Positions 1 to 8,987 of a stretch of 49,953 bases of DNA are shown piece after piece. Origin of the DNA: an uncultured Acetobacteraceae bacterium (GTDB lineage: Bacteria > Pseudomonadota > Alphaproteobacteria > Acetobacterales > Acetobacteraceae). Position 1 is the stretch's first letter. Each line of letters starts with the position of its first letter. The translations under genes were made by a program, and so were the position numbers. Where the stretch lies: NCBI GenBank assembly GCA_964434035.1, contig CAYSTX010000002.1, forward strand, positions 1 through 49,953. Direction: 5' to 3'. The notes below the pieces were generated by a model. The model saw nothing but the letters and a program-made list of their open reading frames with translations. It was not told the origin of the DNA and did not search any database.

Positions 1-302
1 AGCCGCGCGGCCAGGTCGCGGTCGAACGGGACGCCGTTCAGGGTCTGGGTGTTCGCGTTCTTCACGAGCCCCGTCGCCGGGCTGATGACGCCGGGGATCC
101 CGACGCCAACTGGCAGGCGACCCGCGTCAAGCTCGGCCTCCGCCGTCTCGACCATGAAGCCGATCGCCTCGATGGTCGGCGCATACCCGTCCGGCGTCTT
201 CATGCGGCGTCGCAGCAGCAGATCGCCATCCGGCCCAAGCGCCGCCAGCTCAATCTTCGTGCCGCCAAGGTCGACGCCGAGCCGAATGGTGCGCGGGTTC
301 AT
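1..302 (-). CDS. ROK-family sugar kinase (N-acetylglucosamine kinase / fructokinase-like). Only the N-terminal ~100 aa are present; the gene runs off the left edge.
   Basis: Reverse translation from ATG 300-302 gives MNPRTIRLGVDLGGTKIELAALGPDG...GVGIPGVISP...NANTQTLNG. It has the DxGGT ATP-binding motif and GIPG motif of ROK kinases. It is absent from the ORF track because no stop lies in the window. Confidence 0.75.
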   Translation of the reverse strand, partial: MNPRTIRLGVDLGGTKIELAALGPDGDLLLRRRMKTPDGYAPTIEAIGFMVETAEAELDAGRLPVGVGIPGVISPATGLVKNANTQTLNGVPFDRDLAAR

Positions 303-371
303 CACAAGCAATACAGTGCCGCGCGTACGCCCGCTTGCTCAAGCGGCAGGCGCGCGATCAGAGTGCGGTGC

Positions 372-641
372 ATGAGCGAGTCGGTCCTGGACGTTAAGGG
401 GATGAAATGTCCGCTGCCAGTGCTGCGGGCCAACCGGGCGCTGCGGACCATGACGCCGGGCGATCGGCTACGGGTGCTGGCGACGGACCGGGCGGCAGTC
501 TCCGACTTCCAGGCGTTCTGCCGTGACAGCGGCCACGCGCTGCTGGCGTGGAGCGAGGAAGCGGGCGTGTTCTCGTTTGTCATTCGCCGCCGGCCAGACC
601 GGCCGGAGCCCGCCGACGACGCAACGGCGATCCCGCCATGA
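372..641 (+). CDS. TusA/SirA-family sulfurtransferase-like protein
   Basis: LDVKGMKCPLPVL carries the CPxP active-site motif, and the size (~90 aa) fits. ATG 372 is preferred over GTG 363. The stop overlaps the next start (ATGA 638-641). Confidence 0.8.
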   Translation: MSESVLDVKGMKCPLPVLRANRALRTMTPGDRLRVLATDRAAVSDFQAFCRDSGHALLAWSEEAGVFSFVIRRRPDRPEPADDATAIPP

Positions 642-1573
642 CCGCGCTCTTCACCCACCCCGCCTGCCTCGCCCACGACCCAGGCGGCTGGCACCCGGAG
701 TGTCCGGACCGGCTGCGCGCTGTGCTGCTCGCGCTCGAGGACGAGGCGTTCGCGCCGCTGCTCCGCGAGGAGGCGCCGCAAGCGTCGATGGAGTCGCTGC
801 GTCACGTCCACCCGGACCCCTACATCGCGACGATCCTCGCGCCGATGTCCGACACAAGCCTGCCGGTTCCGCTCGACGCCGACACCGTGCTCGGTCCCGG
901 CACGGCGGAGGCGGCACTGCGCGCCGCGGGTGGGGCGGTTGCGGCGGTCGATGCGGTGATGGAGGGCTGGGCACGGAGCGCCTTCGTCGCGACGCGGCCA
1001 CCCGGGCATCACGCGGAGCCGGCGCAGGCAATGGGCTTCTGCTTCTTCGCCAACGCCGCAATCGCCGCCCTGCACGCGCGGGCGCGCTGGGGCATTAAGC
1101 GGGTCGCGGTCGTCGATTTCGACGTGCACCACGGCAACGGAACCGAGGCGGTGTTCGCCGCCGATCCCGACCTTTTTTACGGCTCAAGCCATCAGATGCC
1201 GTGCTATCCGGGCACCGGCAGCCCGCTGAAGCATGGCGCCGCCGGCAACATCCGCAACATGGCGCTCCGCCCCGGCGACGGCAGCGCCGCGTTTCGTGCG
1301 GCGTGGCGCGACGGCATTCTGCCCGACCTCGATCGGTTTGCACCCGAACTGCTGATCATCTCCGCCGGCTTTGACGCACACCGCGCGGACCCGCTCGCCG
1401 AACTGCGGGTCGAGGTGGATGATTTCGCGTGGCTGACGAACGCTCTCGTGGCGCTCGCGGATCGTCGCTGCGGCGGCCGCGTCGTCTCCGTCCTGGAGGG
1501 TGGCTACAATCTCGACGCGCTCGCCCGGTCGGCCGCGGCACACGTGCGCGCGCTGATGCACGCCGACGCGTAG
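638..1573 (+). CDS. Histone deacetylase-family Zn amidohydrolase (AcuC / acetylpolyamine amidohydrolase-like)
   Basis: MTALFTHPACLAHDPG... carries the motifs RPPGHHA, DFDVHHGNGT and EGGYN. The internal ATG at 638 was chosen because of its ATGA overlap with the upstream stop. Confidence 0.85.
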   Translation: MTALFTHPACLAHDPGGWHPECPDRLRAVLLALEDEAFAPLLREEAPQASMESLRHVHPDPYIATILAPMSDTSLPVPLDADTVLGPGTAEAALRAAGGAVAAVDAVMEGWARSAFVATRPPGHHAEPAQAMGFCFFANAAIAALHARARWGIKRVAVVDFDVHHGNGTEAVFAADPDLFYGSSHQMPCYPGTGSPLKHGAAGNIRNMALRPGDGSAAFRAAWRDGILPDLDRFAPELLIISAGFDAHRADPLAELRVEVDDFAWLTNALVALADRRCGGRVVSVLEGGYNLDALARSAAAHVRALMHADA

Positions 1574-1592
1574 GCCGGCCGAGCGCCCCGCG

Positions 1593-2414
1593 TCAGCAGC
1601 GTTTCGGTACTGGGGCGAGGCTCGTCATCTCGCCGTCCATCGTGAAATTGCCGAAGTTCATCGCGAGATCATCGGCGACGCCATTCGCCCAGTAACGCAT
1701 GCTGACCTCGTAATCCGGCGTCTGGCCCTTCGGACCCGGATCGAAGAACGCGAGATGCACGCGCGCACTCGGCAGCGGCGACAGCAGCGGGTACGTCGTC
1801 GCCTCCGGTGGCGCCCATTTCAGCACAACGATCGAGCTGTCCTGCACGCCCGTATCGGTCGTGCCGTCGAACAGCGGTAGCGCGATGAACTTTTTGCCCT
1901 CGGCCGCCGCCGCGATCAGCGCCTCTGTATGCGCCATCGGGAACAGCGTGCCCGGTGGCAGCGGGACCGTCGAATCGTGCGGCTGATCGTAGTGGACGCT
2001 GCCGCCCTTGTCGGGTCCGTCGAGATGCGCCTGCCCGTCGATTTCGCTGGTCACCGCCTCCTCGGTCGTCTGTTTCAGATGAAACCGGAACGAGCGGCCG
2101 TCCTTCGCCTCCCACGTCGCGTAGTCGGAAACCATCTGAACCGGCTGGCCCTGATTGTTGGTGACCGTCATGTCGAGCCGCTGACGGGTCGCCCAGCCGT
2201 CGCAGCTATCCTCGACCTCGTAGGCCATCGTCCCGGTCGCCGACATCACGTCGCCGGAATGCTGCGGGTCGAGCTTCAGCGTGTAGATGGCCCGGTGCGC
2301 CGCCATCCCCGGCAGGGCGGCCGGGTCGGCTGCTTGCGCGACCCCGGTCGCGGCGCCGGCAAGCGAGAAGACAACGGCGCCGACAACGGTCAGGGCGGCT
2401 GGGACAAGGCGCAT
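1593..2414 (-). CDS. DUF1849 / EipB-like periplasmic envelope-integrity protein
   Basis: Signal peptide MRLVPAALTVVGAVVFSLAGAATGVAQA. There are two Cys, one in EDSCDGW and one as the last residue, as in EipB-type proteins. Start placed at the internal Met (2414). Confidence 0.7.
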   Translation of the reverse strand: MRLVPAALTVVGAVVFSLAGAATGVAQAADPAALPGMAAHRAIYTLKLDPQHSGDVMSATGTMAYEVEDSCDGWATRQRLDMTVTNNQGQPVQMVSDYATWEAKDGRSFRFHLKQTTEEAVTSEIDGQAHLDGPDKGGSVHYDQPHDSTVPLPPGTLFPMAHTEALIAAAAEGKKFIALPLFDGTTDTGVQDSSIVVLKWAPPEATTYPLLSPLPSARVHLAFFDPGPKGQTPDYEVSMRYWANGVADDLAMNFGNFTMDGEMTSLAPVPKRC

Positions 2415-2776
2415 GTGGCTGGAACTCCTACTCGACGGCGGATGGGTCATCAGTACGTAAGCCGGGTCGGCCAATCTATCAGGCCGCCACGATCACGTAG
2501 CGTAGCGGAAAGTAACCGTCCGCACGCTGCGCCTGCTCGGACTCGCCCGCCTTGATGACCTGCGATCGGGAACGCCAAGGACGATGGGGATTGCAGTTCC
2601 CGCAAGGTTTCCAATAGTTAACGATCTGCTGCGCGCCTGAGCGGCGCAATCGACTTGCCCAAATTTAATCGAGATTACGGATCTACGGTTGTATTGCACG
2701 GCCGGTTCCTTCCATAATCACGTTCACGTCACCAGCTGACCGCGACGCGAAGCTGCGGCGACGACTGAACCCAGCA

Positions 2777-4168
2777 ATGTCGGAGAGCGCGAAGGTGCTT
2801 GGTTTTGTTGAAATTGTATCTGAGCATCGCGTCGCCGGCTGGGCCTTCGATCCCGATAACCCCGACCGACATGTGCATGTCACGGCATCCCTTGACGGTC
2901 GGCCAATCGGCACCGCGATCGCAGCGGTTGCCCGGCCCGATCTGCACACCGCCGGCGTCGGCGGTGGCGACCATGGGTTTAACATGAGGCTCGAAACGCC
3001 GCTCGCGCCAAGCGCCCTGCCGCGCATCGAGGCGTGGGCCGTGTCGGGCGAGCAGCGGCTCAAGCTGAATTTCTTGCCGAACAGCAACCGCTCCCTTGCC
3101 GACCAGGCGTCCGACCCGCGCGTTCCGGTCGCCGACGTGTCGCAGAAGCCCGTCTTCGTCCTCGGCCCGGCGCGGTCGGGAACCAGCGCGCTGGCGCTGG
3201 GGCTGGTCAAGAGCGGCCATTTCGAGGGCTATGGCGAGGGGCACCTGCTGCCGCTCGCGCTCGACATGCTGGCGACCGTCGACCGGTTCTATGCGCGGCG
3301 GCAGGATTTGCGGAGCTCGGATACGTTGCTCGGCGCCGTCCACATCGAGACGTTTCAACGGATGGTCCGGCGCGGCTTCGTCCAGATGACGAAGGCGGCG
3401 TACCCGACAGGCCGCTGGATCGACAAGACGCCGTCCTCGGCCATGGTCCGCGCGGCGCCGCTGATGCGGGAGATCTGGCCGTCGGCGAAGTTCGTCTTTC
3501 TCAAGCGCCGCGTGATCGAAAACGTCTCCTCGCGTCGGCGAAAATTTCCGCAGGAGACGCTTGAGAACCATTATCGCGACTGGGCCGACGTGCTTTCCGC
3601 CTGGCTGTCGGTGCGCGATCTCCTCGGGGAATCCGCGATAGAGATCGAGCAGTTCGAGATCGCCCATCGCCCCGAGGAAGAGGCCATGCGCATCGCGCGC
3701 TTCCTCGATATGCCCTCCGCCGCGTCCCTCGCCTTCAGCCGCGCCCTCGCCTCCGACCAGCCGGAGCGCACCAGCACGCAGTTCGGGCAGGTCGAGTCGA
3801 TCGACACGCTCAACCTCACGACCGATGAGAAGCGGGAGCTGATGCTGACTTGCGATCCGGTGATGATCGCGTTCGGCTACGGCTACGGGACGGAATACTA
3901 CCGGTTCGAACCGGCGAACGCCGAGCCGGCAATGCAGCCTGTGCTCGAGCCAGGCGTCGAATCGCTCCTCGCTCCGATCCTCGAGCCCGTTGGGGCGCTC
4001 GCGCCGGCCGCGGTGACGACGCATATCGAGTCAGCGATCGTCGCGACCGTGCCGCCGGAAGCGGATGAGGAGCCCGACCCCGCGGTCAACGTCAAGCCGT
4101 CAGACTGCGCGGCCGCCGCCATGAGCGGGGAGCGGCGGCACACGGCCGCGGTGCCCATCCTGAACTGA
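2777..4168 (+). CDS. Sulfotransferase-family protein with an N-terminal beta-rich domain and a low-complexity C-terminal tail
   Basis: VLGPARSGTSAL is a 5'-PAPS-binding loop and FLKRRVIENVSSRRR is a 3'-phosphate-binding R-x7-S motif. The N-terminal ~110 aa carry HRVAGWAFDPDNPD...RPDL...GDHGF. The C-terminal ~90 aa are A/P/E-rich. Confidence 0.7.
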   Translation: MSESAKVLGFVEIVSEHRVAGWAFDPDNPDRHVHVTASLDGRPIGTAIAAVARPDLHTAGVGGGDHGFNMRLETPLAPSALPRIEAWAVSGEQRLKLNFLPNSNRSLADQASDPRVPVADVSQKPVFVLGPARSGTSALALGLVKSGHFEGYGEGHLLPLALDMLATVDRFYARRQDLRSSDTLLGAVHIETFQRMVRRGFVQMTKAAYPTGRWIDKTPSSAMVRAAPLMREIWPSAKFVFLKRRVIENVSSRRRKFPQETLENHYRDWADVLSAWLSVRDLLGESAIEIEQFEIAHRPEEEAMRIARFLDMPSAASLAFSRALASDQPERTSTQFGQVESIDTLNLTTDEKRELMLTCDPVMIAFGYGYGTEYYRFEPANAEPAMQPVLEPGVESLLAPILEPVGALAPAAVTTHIESAIVATVPPEADEEPDPAVNVKPSDCAAAAMSGERRHTAAVPILN

Positions 4169-4179
4169 CGGCCCCGGCC

Positions 4180-5982
4180 TCAGCTCTTGGGCGGAGCCGG
4201 GGACTTTGGGGGCGGCAGATCGAGCTTGATCGACAGCTCGCGCAGCCGCGCGGGCGGCACTTCGGCCGGCGCGCCCATCATCAGATCCTCGCCCTGCTGG
4301 TTCAGCGGGAACAGGATCACCTCACGGATGTTCGGCTCGTCGGCCAGCAGCATCACGATCCGGTCGATGCCGGGAGCCGAGCCGCCGTGCGGCGGCGCGC
4401 CGTAGCGGAACGCGTTCAACATGCCGCCGAACCGTGCCTCCACCTCGCTCTCCGGATAGCCGGCGATCGCGAAGGCGCGGATCATGATGTCGGGACGATG
4501 GTTCCGGATTGCGCCCGACGACAATTCGATACCGTTGCAGACGATATCGTATTGGTACGCCTTGATCGTCAGCGGATCCTGCGTCTCCAACGCCTCCATC
4601 CCGCCCTGCGGCATGCTGAACGGGTTGTGGCTGAAATCGATTTGCCCTGTTTCCTCGTTCAGCTCGTACATCGGAAAATCAGTGATCCAGCAGAACCGGA
4701 ACGCGTCGTGCTCAATCAGGTCGAGCTCGGTTCCGATCTTCGTCCGCACGGTGCCGGCGAACTTCACGGCCGTATCGGCGGGGCCGGCCGCGAAGAACAC
4801 GGCATCGCCTGGCTTGAGGCCGCAGGCGTCGCGGATCGCCGCCGCGCGCTCGGGCTCAAGGTTCCGCGCGATCGGGCCGCGCGCGGCACCTTCCGCGTCA
4901 AACGTGATGTAGCCGAGGCCACCTGCACCCTGCTCGCGCGCCCATTCGTTCAGCTTGTCGAAGAAGCTGCGCGGCCGGTCGCCCGCGCCCGGCGCCGGGA
5001 TTGCACGCACGACGCCGCCCTTGGCCGCGATGCCGGCGAACAGGCCGAACCCGGACCCGGCGAACGACGACGTGACGTCAGTGATGCGGAGCGGATTGCG
5101 AAGGTCCGGCTTGTCGGTGCCGAACTCGAGCAACGCCGTCTCATACGGAATGCGCACGAAGGGTGGCGCGCTGACGGCCCGGCCGCCGCCAAACTCCTCG
5201 AACACGCCCGCCATGATCGGCTCGAGCGTCGCGAATACGTCTTCCTGTGTGACGAAACTCATCTCGAAATCGAGCTGATAGAACTCACCGGGCGAGCGAT
5301 CGGCGCGGCTCGCCTCGTCGCGAAAGCATGGTGCGATCTGAAAATACCGATCGAAACCCGCAACCATCGCAAGCTGTTTGAACTGCTGCGGCGCCTGCGG
5401 CAGCGCGTAGAACTTGCCCGGATGCAGCCGCGACGGCACCAGGAAATCGCGCGCGCCCTCGGGCGAGGAGGCCGTCAGGATCGGCGTCTGAAACTCGGTG
5501 AAGCCCGCCGCGATCATCCGCCGCCGGATCGACGCGATGACACCGGCGCGCAGCATCATGTTTCTGTGCAGCTTCTCGCGCCGCAGATCGATGAAGCGGT
5601 AGCGGAGCCGCGTCTCCTCCGGCGCCCGCTCCTCGCCCATCACCTGCAGCGGCAGCACGTCGGCTGTCGACTGCACGTCGAGGGAGGCGACCCGCAACTC
5701 TATCTCGCCGGTCGGCAGGCGCGGGTTGACCGTGCCTGGCTCGCGGTGGACGACCTCGCCGGTCACCGTGACCACGCTCTCGACCCGAAGCGCGCTCGCC
5801 TGCTCGAACGCGGGGGAGCCGGCGGCGAAGACGCATTGCGTAATGCCGTAATGGTCCCGAAGGTCGATAAACAGCAGGCCGCCATGGTCACGCTTGCTGG
5901 CGACCCAGCCGGACAGCCGCGCGGTGATCCCTGCGTCGTCCGCGCGCAACTCGCCGCAAGTGTGGGTCCGATAGGCATGCAT
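4180..5982 (-). CDS. aspS: Aspartyl-tRNA synthetase
   Basis: 600 aa. N-terminal OB fold ([13 protein letters not shown]...[19 protein letters not shown]) and class II motif [10 protein letters not shown]. Confidence 0.95.
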   Translation of the reverse strand: MHAYRTHTCGELRADDAGITARLSGWVASKRDHGGLLFIDLRDHYGITQCVFAAGSPAFEQASALRVESVVTVTGEVVHREPGTVNPRLPTGEIELRVASLDVQSTADVLPLQVMGEERAPEETRLRYRFIDLRREKLHRNMMLRAGVIASIRRRMIAAGFTEFQTPILTASSPEGARDFLVPSRLHPGKFYALPQAPQQFKQLAMVAGFDRYFQIAPCFRDEASRADRSPGEFYQLDFEMSFVTQEDVFATLEPIMAGVFEEFGGGRAVSAPPFVRIPYETALLEFGTDKPDLRNPLRITDVTSSFAGSGFGLFAGIAAKGGVVRAIPAPGAGDRPRSFFDKLNEWAREQGAGGLGYITFDAEGAARGPIARNLEPERAAAIRDACGLKPGDAVFFAAGPADTAVKFAGTVRTKIGTELDLIEHDAFRFCWITDFPMYELNEETGQIDFSHNPFSMPQGGMEALETQDPLTIKAYQYDIVCNGIELSSGAIRNHRPDIMIRAFAIAGYPESEVEARFGGMLNAFRYGAPPHGGSAPGIDRIVMLLADEPNIREVILFPLNQQGEDLMMGAPAEVPPARLRELSIKLDLPPPKSPAPPKS

Positions 5983-6095
5983 GGGCGACGCTCCGACGGC
6001 GATCAGGGGTGGCGCGGAACAAGCCCTTGGCCGCCCGGCGCGTCAAGGCCGCCCTGGCTTTTGCACCGCACGGCGAGCGTGTTACGAGCACGGTA

Positions 6096-7277
6096 ATGTC
6101 GCGATCACGCACGCCTGCCTTCCCACCACCGACCCTCATCACGACGACCGACGCCCTGGCGGACGCCTGCGCCCGGCTGGCGGGCGAGCAATTCGTCACC
6201 GTCGATACCGAGTTCATGCGGGAGCGGACCTACTGGCCCGAACTCTGCGTCGTGCAGCTCGGCGGGTCGGACGCGGTCTATGTCGTGGACGCGGAGGCCG
6301 ATGGCATCGACCTCGCGCCGCTCGGCGACCTGTTCGCCAACCCGGCGGTGACCAAGGTGTTCCACGCCTGCCGGCAGGACATCGAGATCTTCGTCCTCCG
6401 CTACGGCGCCGTTCCCGTGCCGCTGTTCGACACGCAGGTCGCGGCCATGGTCGCGGGGTTCGGCGATCAGGTCGGCTATGGCGAGCTGGTGGCGGCCCTG
6501 GCGGGCGGGACGATCGACAAGGCGCATCGCTTCAGCGACTGGGCCGCGCGCCCGCTCTCGCCGGCGCAGATCGCCTATGCCGCCGCCGACGTGACGTGGC
6601 TCCGCCCGGTCTATGAGGCGCTGACCGCGCGGCTGGAGCGGGAGGGGCGGCTGCCCTGGGTCGCCGAGGAAATGGCGGCGCTCGCCGACCCCAGCACGTA
6701 CGCGGTCGATCCCGACGCGATGTGGGAGCGCCTTCGCCCCCGCACGAACAACCGTCGGCAGCTCGGAATGCTGCGCGCGGTCGCGGCGTGGCGGGAGCGG
6801 GAAGCGCGGCGCGTCAACATCCCGCGCGGAAGGCTGCTGAAGGACGAGGCGTTGCTCGAGATCGCGGCGACCGCGCCGGAGACCGTCGATGCGCTCGCCC
6901 GCGCCCGCGGCGTCACGCGCGGATTCGCCGAGGGGAAATCGGGCGCGTCCCTGCTCGCGGCGCTAGCCGAAGCACGCGCGTTGCCCGAGGACGCGATGCC
7001 CGAGGTGCAGCGCGGCCGCGACGGCCCCCGCCCCTCGCCCGCACTGGTGGCGCTGCTCAAGGTGCTGCTGGCCGCGAAATGCGAGCAGCACGCGGTCGCG
7101 GCCCGGCTGGTCGCCAGTAGCGAAGACATCGACCGCCTCGCAACCGAGGACGAGCCCGACGTGCCCGCCCTGCACGGCTGGCGGCGCGAAGTGTTCGGTG
7201 AGGACGCGGCGGCGCTGAAGGCAGGAAAGATCGCGCTCGGCGTGGATGGGCGGCGGGTCCGGCTTATTCGGAGCTGA
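6096..7277 (+). CDS. rnd: Ribonuclease D
   Basis: DEDD exonuclease block VTVDTEFMRERTYWPELCVVQL...KVFHACRQDIE...YAAADV plus an HRDC-like C-terminus. Start placed at ATG 6096. Confidence 0.9.
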   Translation: MSRSRTPAFPPPTLITTTDALADACARLAGEQFVTVDTEFMRERTYWPELCVVQLGGSDAVYVVDAEADGIDLAPLGDLFANPAVTKVFHACRQDIEIFVLRYGAVPVPLFDTQVAAMVAGFGDQVGYGELVAALAGGTIDKAHRFSDWAARPLSPAQIAYAAADVTWLRPVYEALTARLEREGRLPWVAEEMAALADPSTYAVDPDAMWERLRPRTNNRRQLGMLRAVAAWREREARRVNIPRGRLLKDEALLEIAATAPETVDALARARGVTRGFAEGKSGASLLAALAEARALPEDAMPEVQRGRDGPRPSPALVALLKVLLAAKCEQHAVAARLVASSEDIDRLATEDEPDVPALHGWRREVFGEDAAALKAGKIALGVDGRRVRLIRS

Positions 7278-7329
7278 GCTGGCTGCAAAGGGCTCACGAC
7301 ATAGAACTGGTGCGAAAGCGCGGTCGCAG

Positions 7330-7476
7330 GATAGCCTAACGAGAAGCTCTCTGGTGCTTGCGCGCTTCGCCTTCGACGCGAACAACCCCGGCCGATGGCT
7401 GTTCCACTGCCACAATATGTTTCACATGGTAACCGGCATGATGACCGAGTTCCGGTATCACGGCATCACGGTCTGA
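7330..7476 (+). pseudogene. C-terminal relic of a multicopper oxidase (CopA/PcoA/CueO-like); only about the last 40-50 codons remain
   Basis: LVLARFAFDANNPGRWLFHCHNMFHMVTGMMTEFRY* contains the HCHxxxHxxxGM type-1/type-3 copper motif that ends multicopper oxidases. No N-terminal domains, start or RBS are present. It sits immediately after the rnd stop. Confidence 0.6.
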
Positions 7477-7508
7477 TCGCCGGCGCTAATGGGCCGGACG
7501 ATTTCGTT

Positions 7509-8987
7509 TCACGCCGCGCCCAGCGTCTCCACGAACGGCTCGAGCCCCAGCGTCTGCGCCAGCATCTCGAGCCGCCGCAGCACGCCGTCGCCCGCGAACA
7601 CGCCAGCCGACGGATCGAGCCGGAGCCGCAGTTGCGTGCCGTCGATCGCGAGCGCGGCGCCCGCGAGTAGCGCCGCCGCGCCGCCCGACAGCGTGTAGGC
7701 AAGCCGCAGCGCCATCCCGAGCGCCTCCGCCCGCCGTGTCGCCACCAGGTCGAGCAACAGGCGCGCGGGCAGCAGCATTGGGCTGTCCGGCTCGGCGTCG
7801 TAACGGATGGCAAGCACGATCGCGAGAAAGGCACGCGCGTGGTGATCGACGCCAATGCCGGGCTGGCGCAGCACGCGATAGAACACCTGCTCGGCGCGGA
7901 ACTCTGGATGGTCGTGGCTACCGATGTCGCTCATCCATGCCGCGGCGGTCCTGAGGCGCCGGACGAACGGACCGTCATCGTCGGCGAACAGCGCGTCAGT
8001 CCACGCGACCAACGCCGGCGGCAGGGTCGCGTCGCGGCCGAGCAGCGTTGCCGCCTCACGGGCGGCGGCCAGCATCGGGTCCTCGCGGCGGACGTCGTCC
8101 GGCAGGCTGCGCTGATACCAGCCTTCGCGCAGGCCGCTCGCGCTGAACACGACGCGCCGAGCACCAGTCGCGCGCAACAAACGGCGCAGCACGACGGCGG
8201 CATACGGCAAATCCTCCACCCGCCGCCGCGCGACGCCCGGCAGCCGCTCCAACCCGCGCCGCCCCGCGCCCGCGATGACGCCGGCAAGGTCGCGCGCCTC
8301 GTCACGATCGACGGTGTAGTGGTGCACGATCGGCAGCGGATATCCGGTCTGCGCCATGTGGATGCGGGCGAGCGATCGCCACGCGCCGCCGACGAGATAA
8401 AGGTCGCGCCCGCTTCCGGCCGACAGCCACGGCACGTCGGCGAGATCCGCCTCGGCGATCGCGCGGGCGCGCACCACGTCCTGCTCGGCGCGCTCGGCGA
8501 GCCGGATGATGCCGAGCGGCAACGTCGCGGCCTCGCCGGGCTCGCCCGTCTCCAGCCGCACCAGCTCGAGCGAGCCACCGCCGATGTCGGCGAGGATGCC
8601 ATCGGCGGCCGGAATACCGCTCAGCACGCCCTCTGCCGACAGCATCGCCTCCTCGCGGCCCGATAATACGCGGACAGGCAGGTCCGGCAGACGTTCGCGG
8701 ATCGCGGCAATGAAGTCGGGACCGTTGGACGCGTCACGGACGGCGGCGGTGGCCAGCACCTCCATCGGCGCCGCCCCCATCGCCCGCGCCAGCGCGCGGT
8801 ACCGGGTCAGCACGGGTAGCGCCTGCGCCATACCCACTCCATCGAGCCGGCCGGTCGACTGCAAGCCGCGACCAAGGCGGAGGACGGCTTTTTCGTTCAG
8901 GACCGACAGCGGATTGCGGCCGTGACCCTCAAAGACAACGAGGCGGACGGAGTTCGATCCAAGATCGACGACAGCGGAGCGCACCAT
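7509..8987 (-). CDS. ppx: Exopolyphosphatase (Ppx/GppA family)
   Basis: VVDLGSNSVRLVVFE...ADIGGGSLE are ASKHA-fold motifs. The start directly abuts the ppk stop. Confidence 0.9.
   Translation of the reverse strand: MVRSAVVDLGSNSVRLVVFEGHGRNPLSVLNEKAVLRLGRGLQSTGRLDGVGMAQALPVLTRYRALARAMGAAPMEVLATAAVRDASNGPDFIAAIRERLPDLPVRVLSGREEAMLSAEGVLSGIPAADGILADIGGGSLELVRLETGEPGEAATLPLGIIRLAERAEQDVVRARAIAEADLADVPWLSAGSGRDLYLVGGAWRSLARIHMAQTGYPLPIVHHYTVDRDEARDLAGVIAGAGRRGLERLPGVARRRVEDLPYAAVVLRRLLRATGARRVVFSASGLREGWYQRSLPDDVRREDPMLAAAREAATLLGRDATLPPALVAWTDALFADDDGPFVRRLRTAAAWMSDIGSHDHPEFRAEQVFYRVLRQPGIGVDHHARAFLAIVLAIRYDAEPDSPMLLPARLLLDLVATRRAEALGMALRLAYTLSGGAAALLAGAALAIDGTQLRLRLDPSAGVFAGDGVLRRLEMLAQTLGLEPFVETLGAA

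Noticed and set aside
303-371. 16-bp palindrome CCGCTTGCTCAAGCGG between the ROK kinase and tusA-like genes
   Set aside because: It could be an operator, but it is a single short G/C-rich palindrome in G/C-rich DNA, which is insufficient evidence.
4387-6096. Very long ORFs antisense to real genes. Examples: 569 aa opposite aspS, 510 aa at 19159-20691 opposite the ABC-F gene, 495 aa at 33362-34849 opposite the MotB-like gene, 431 aa at 2729-4024, and 276 aa at 302-1132.
   Set aside because: Their translations are Arg/Pro/Gly/Ala-rich low-complexity strings with no recognisable motifs. The opposite strand encodes clearly recognisable proteins. Stop-poor antisense frames are expected in DNA this G/C-rich.
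7405-7430. TGTTTCAC within the oxidase relic, which resembles a parS half-site
   Set aside because: The second half (GTGAAACA) is missing, so it is not a palindrome.
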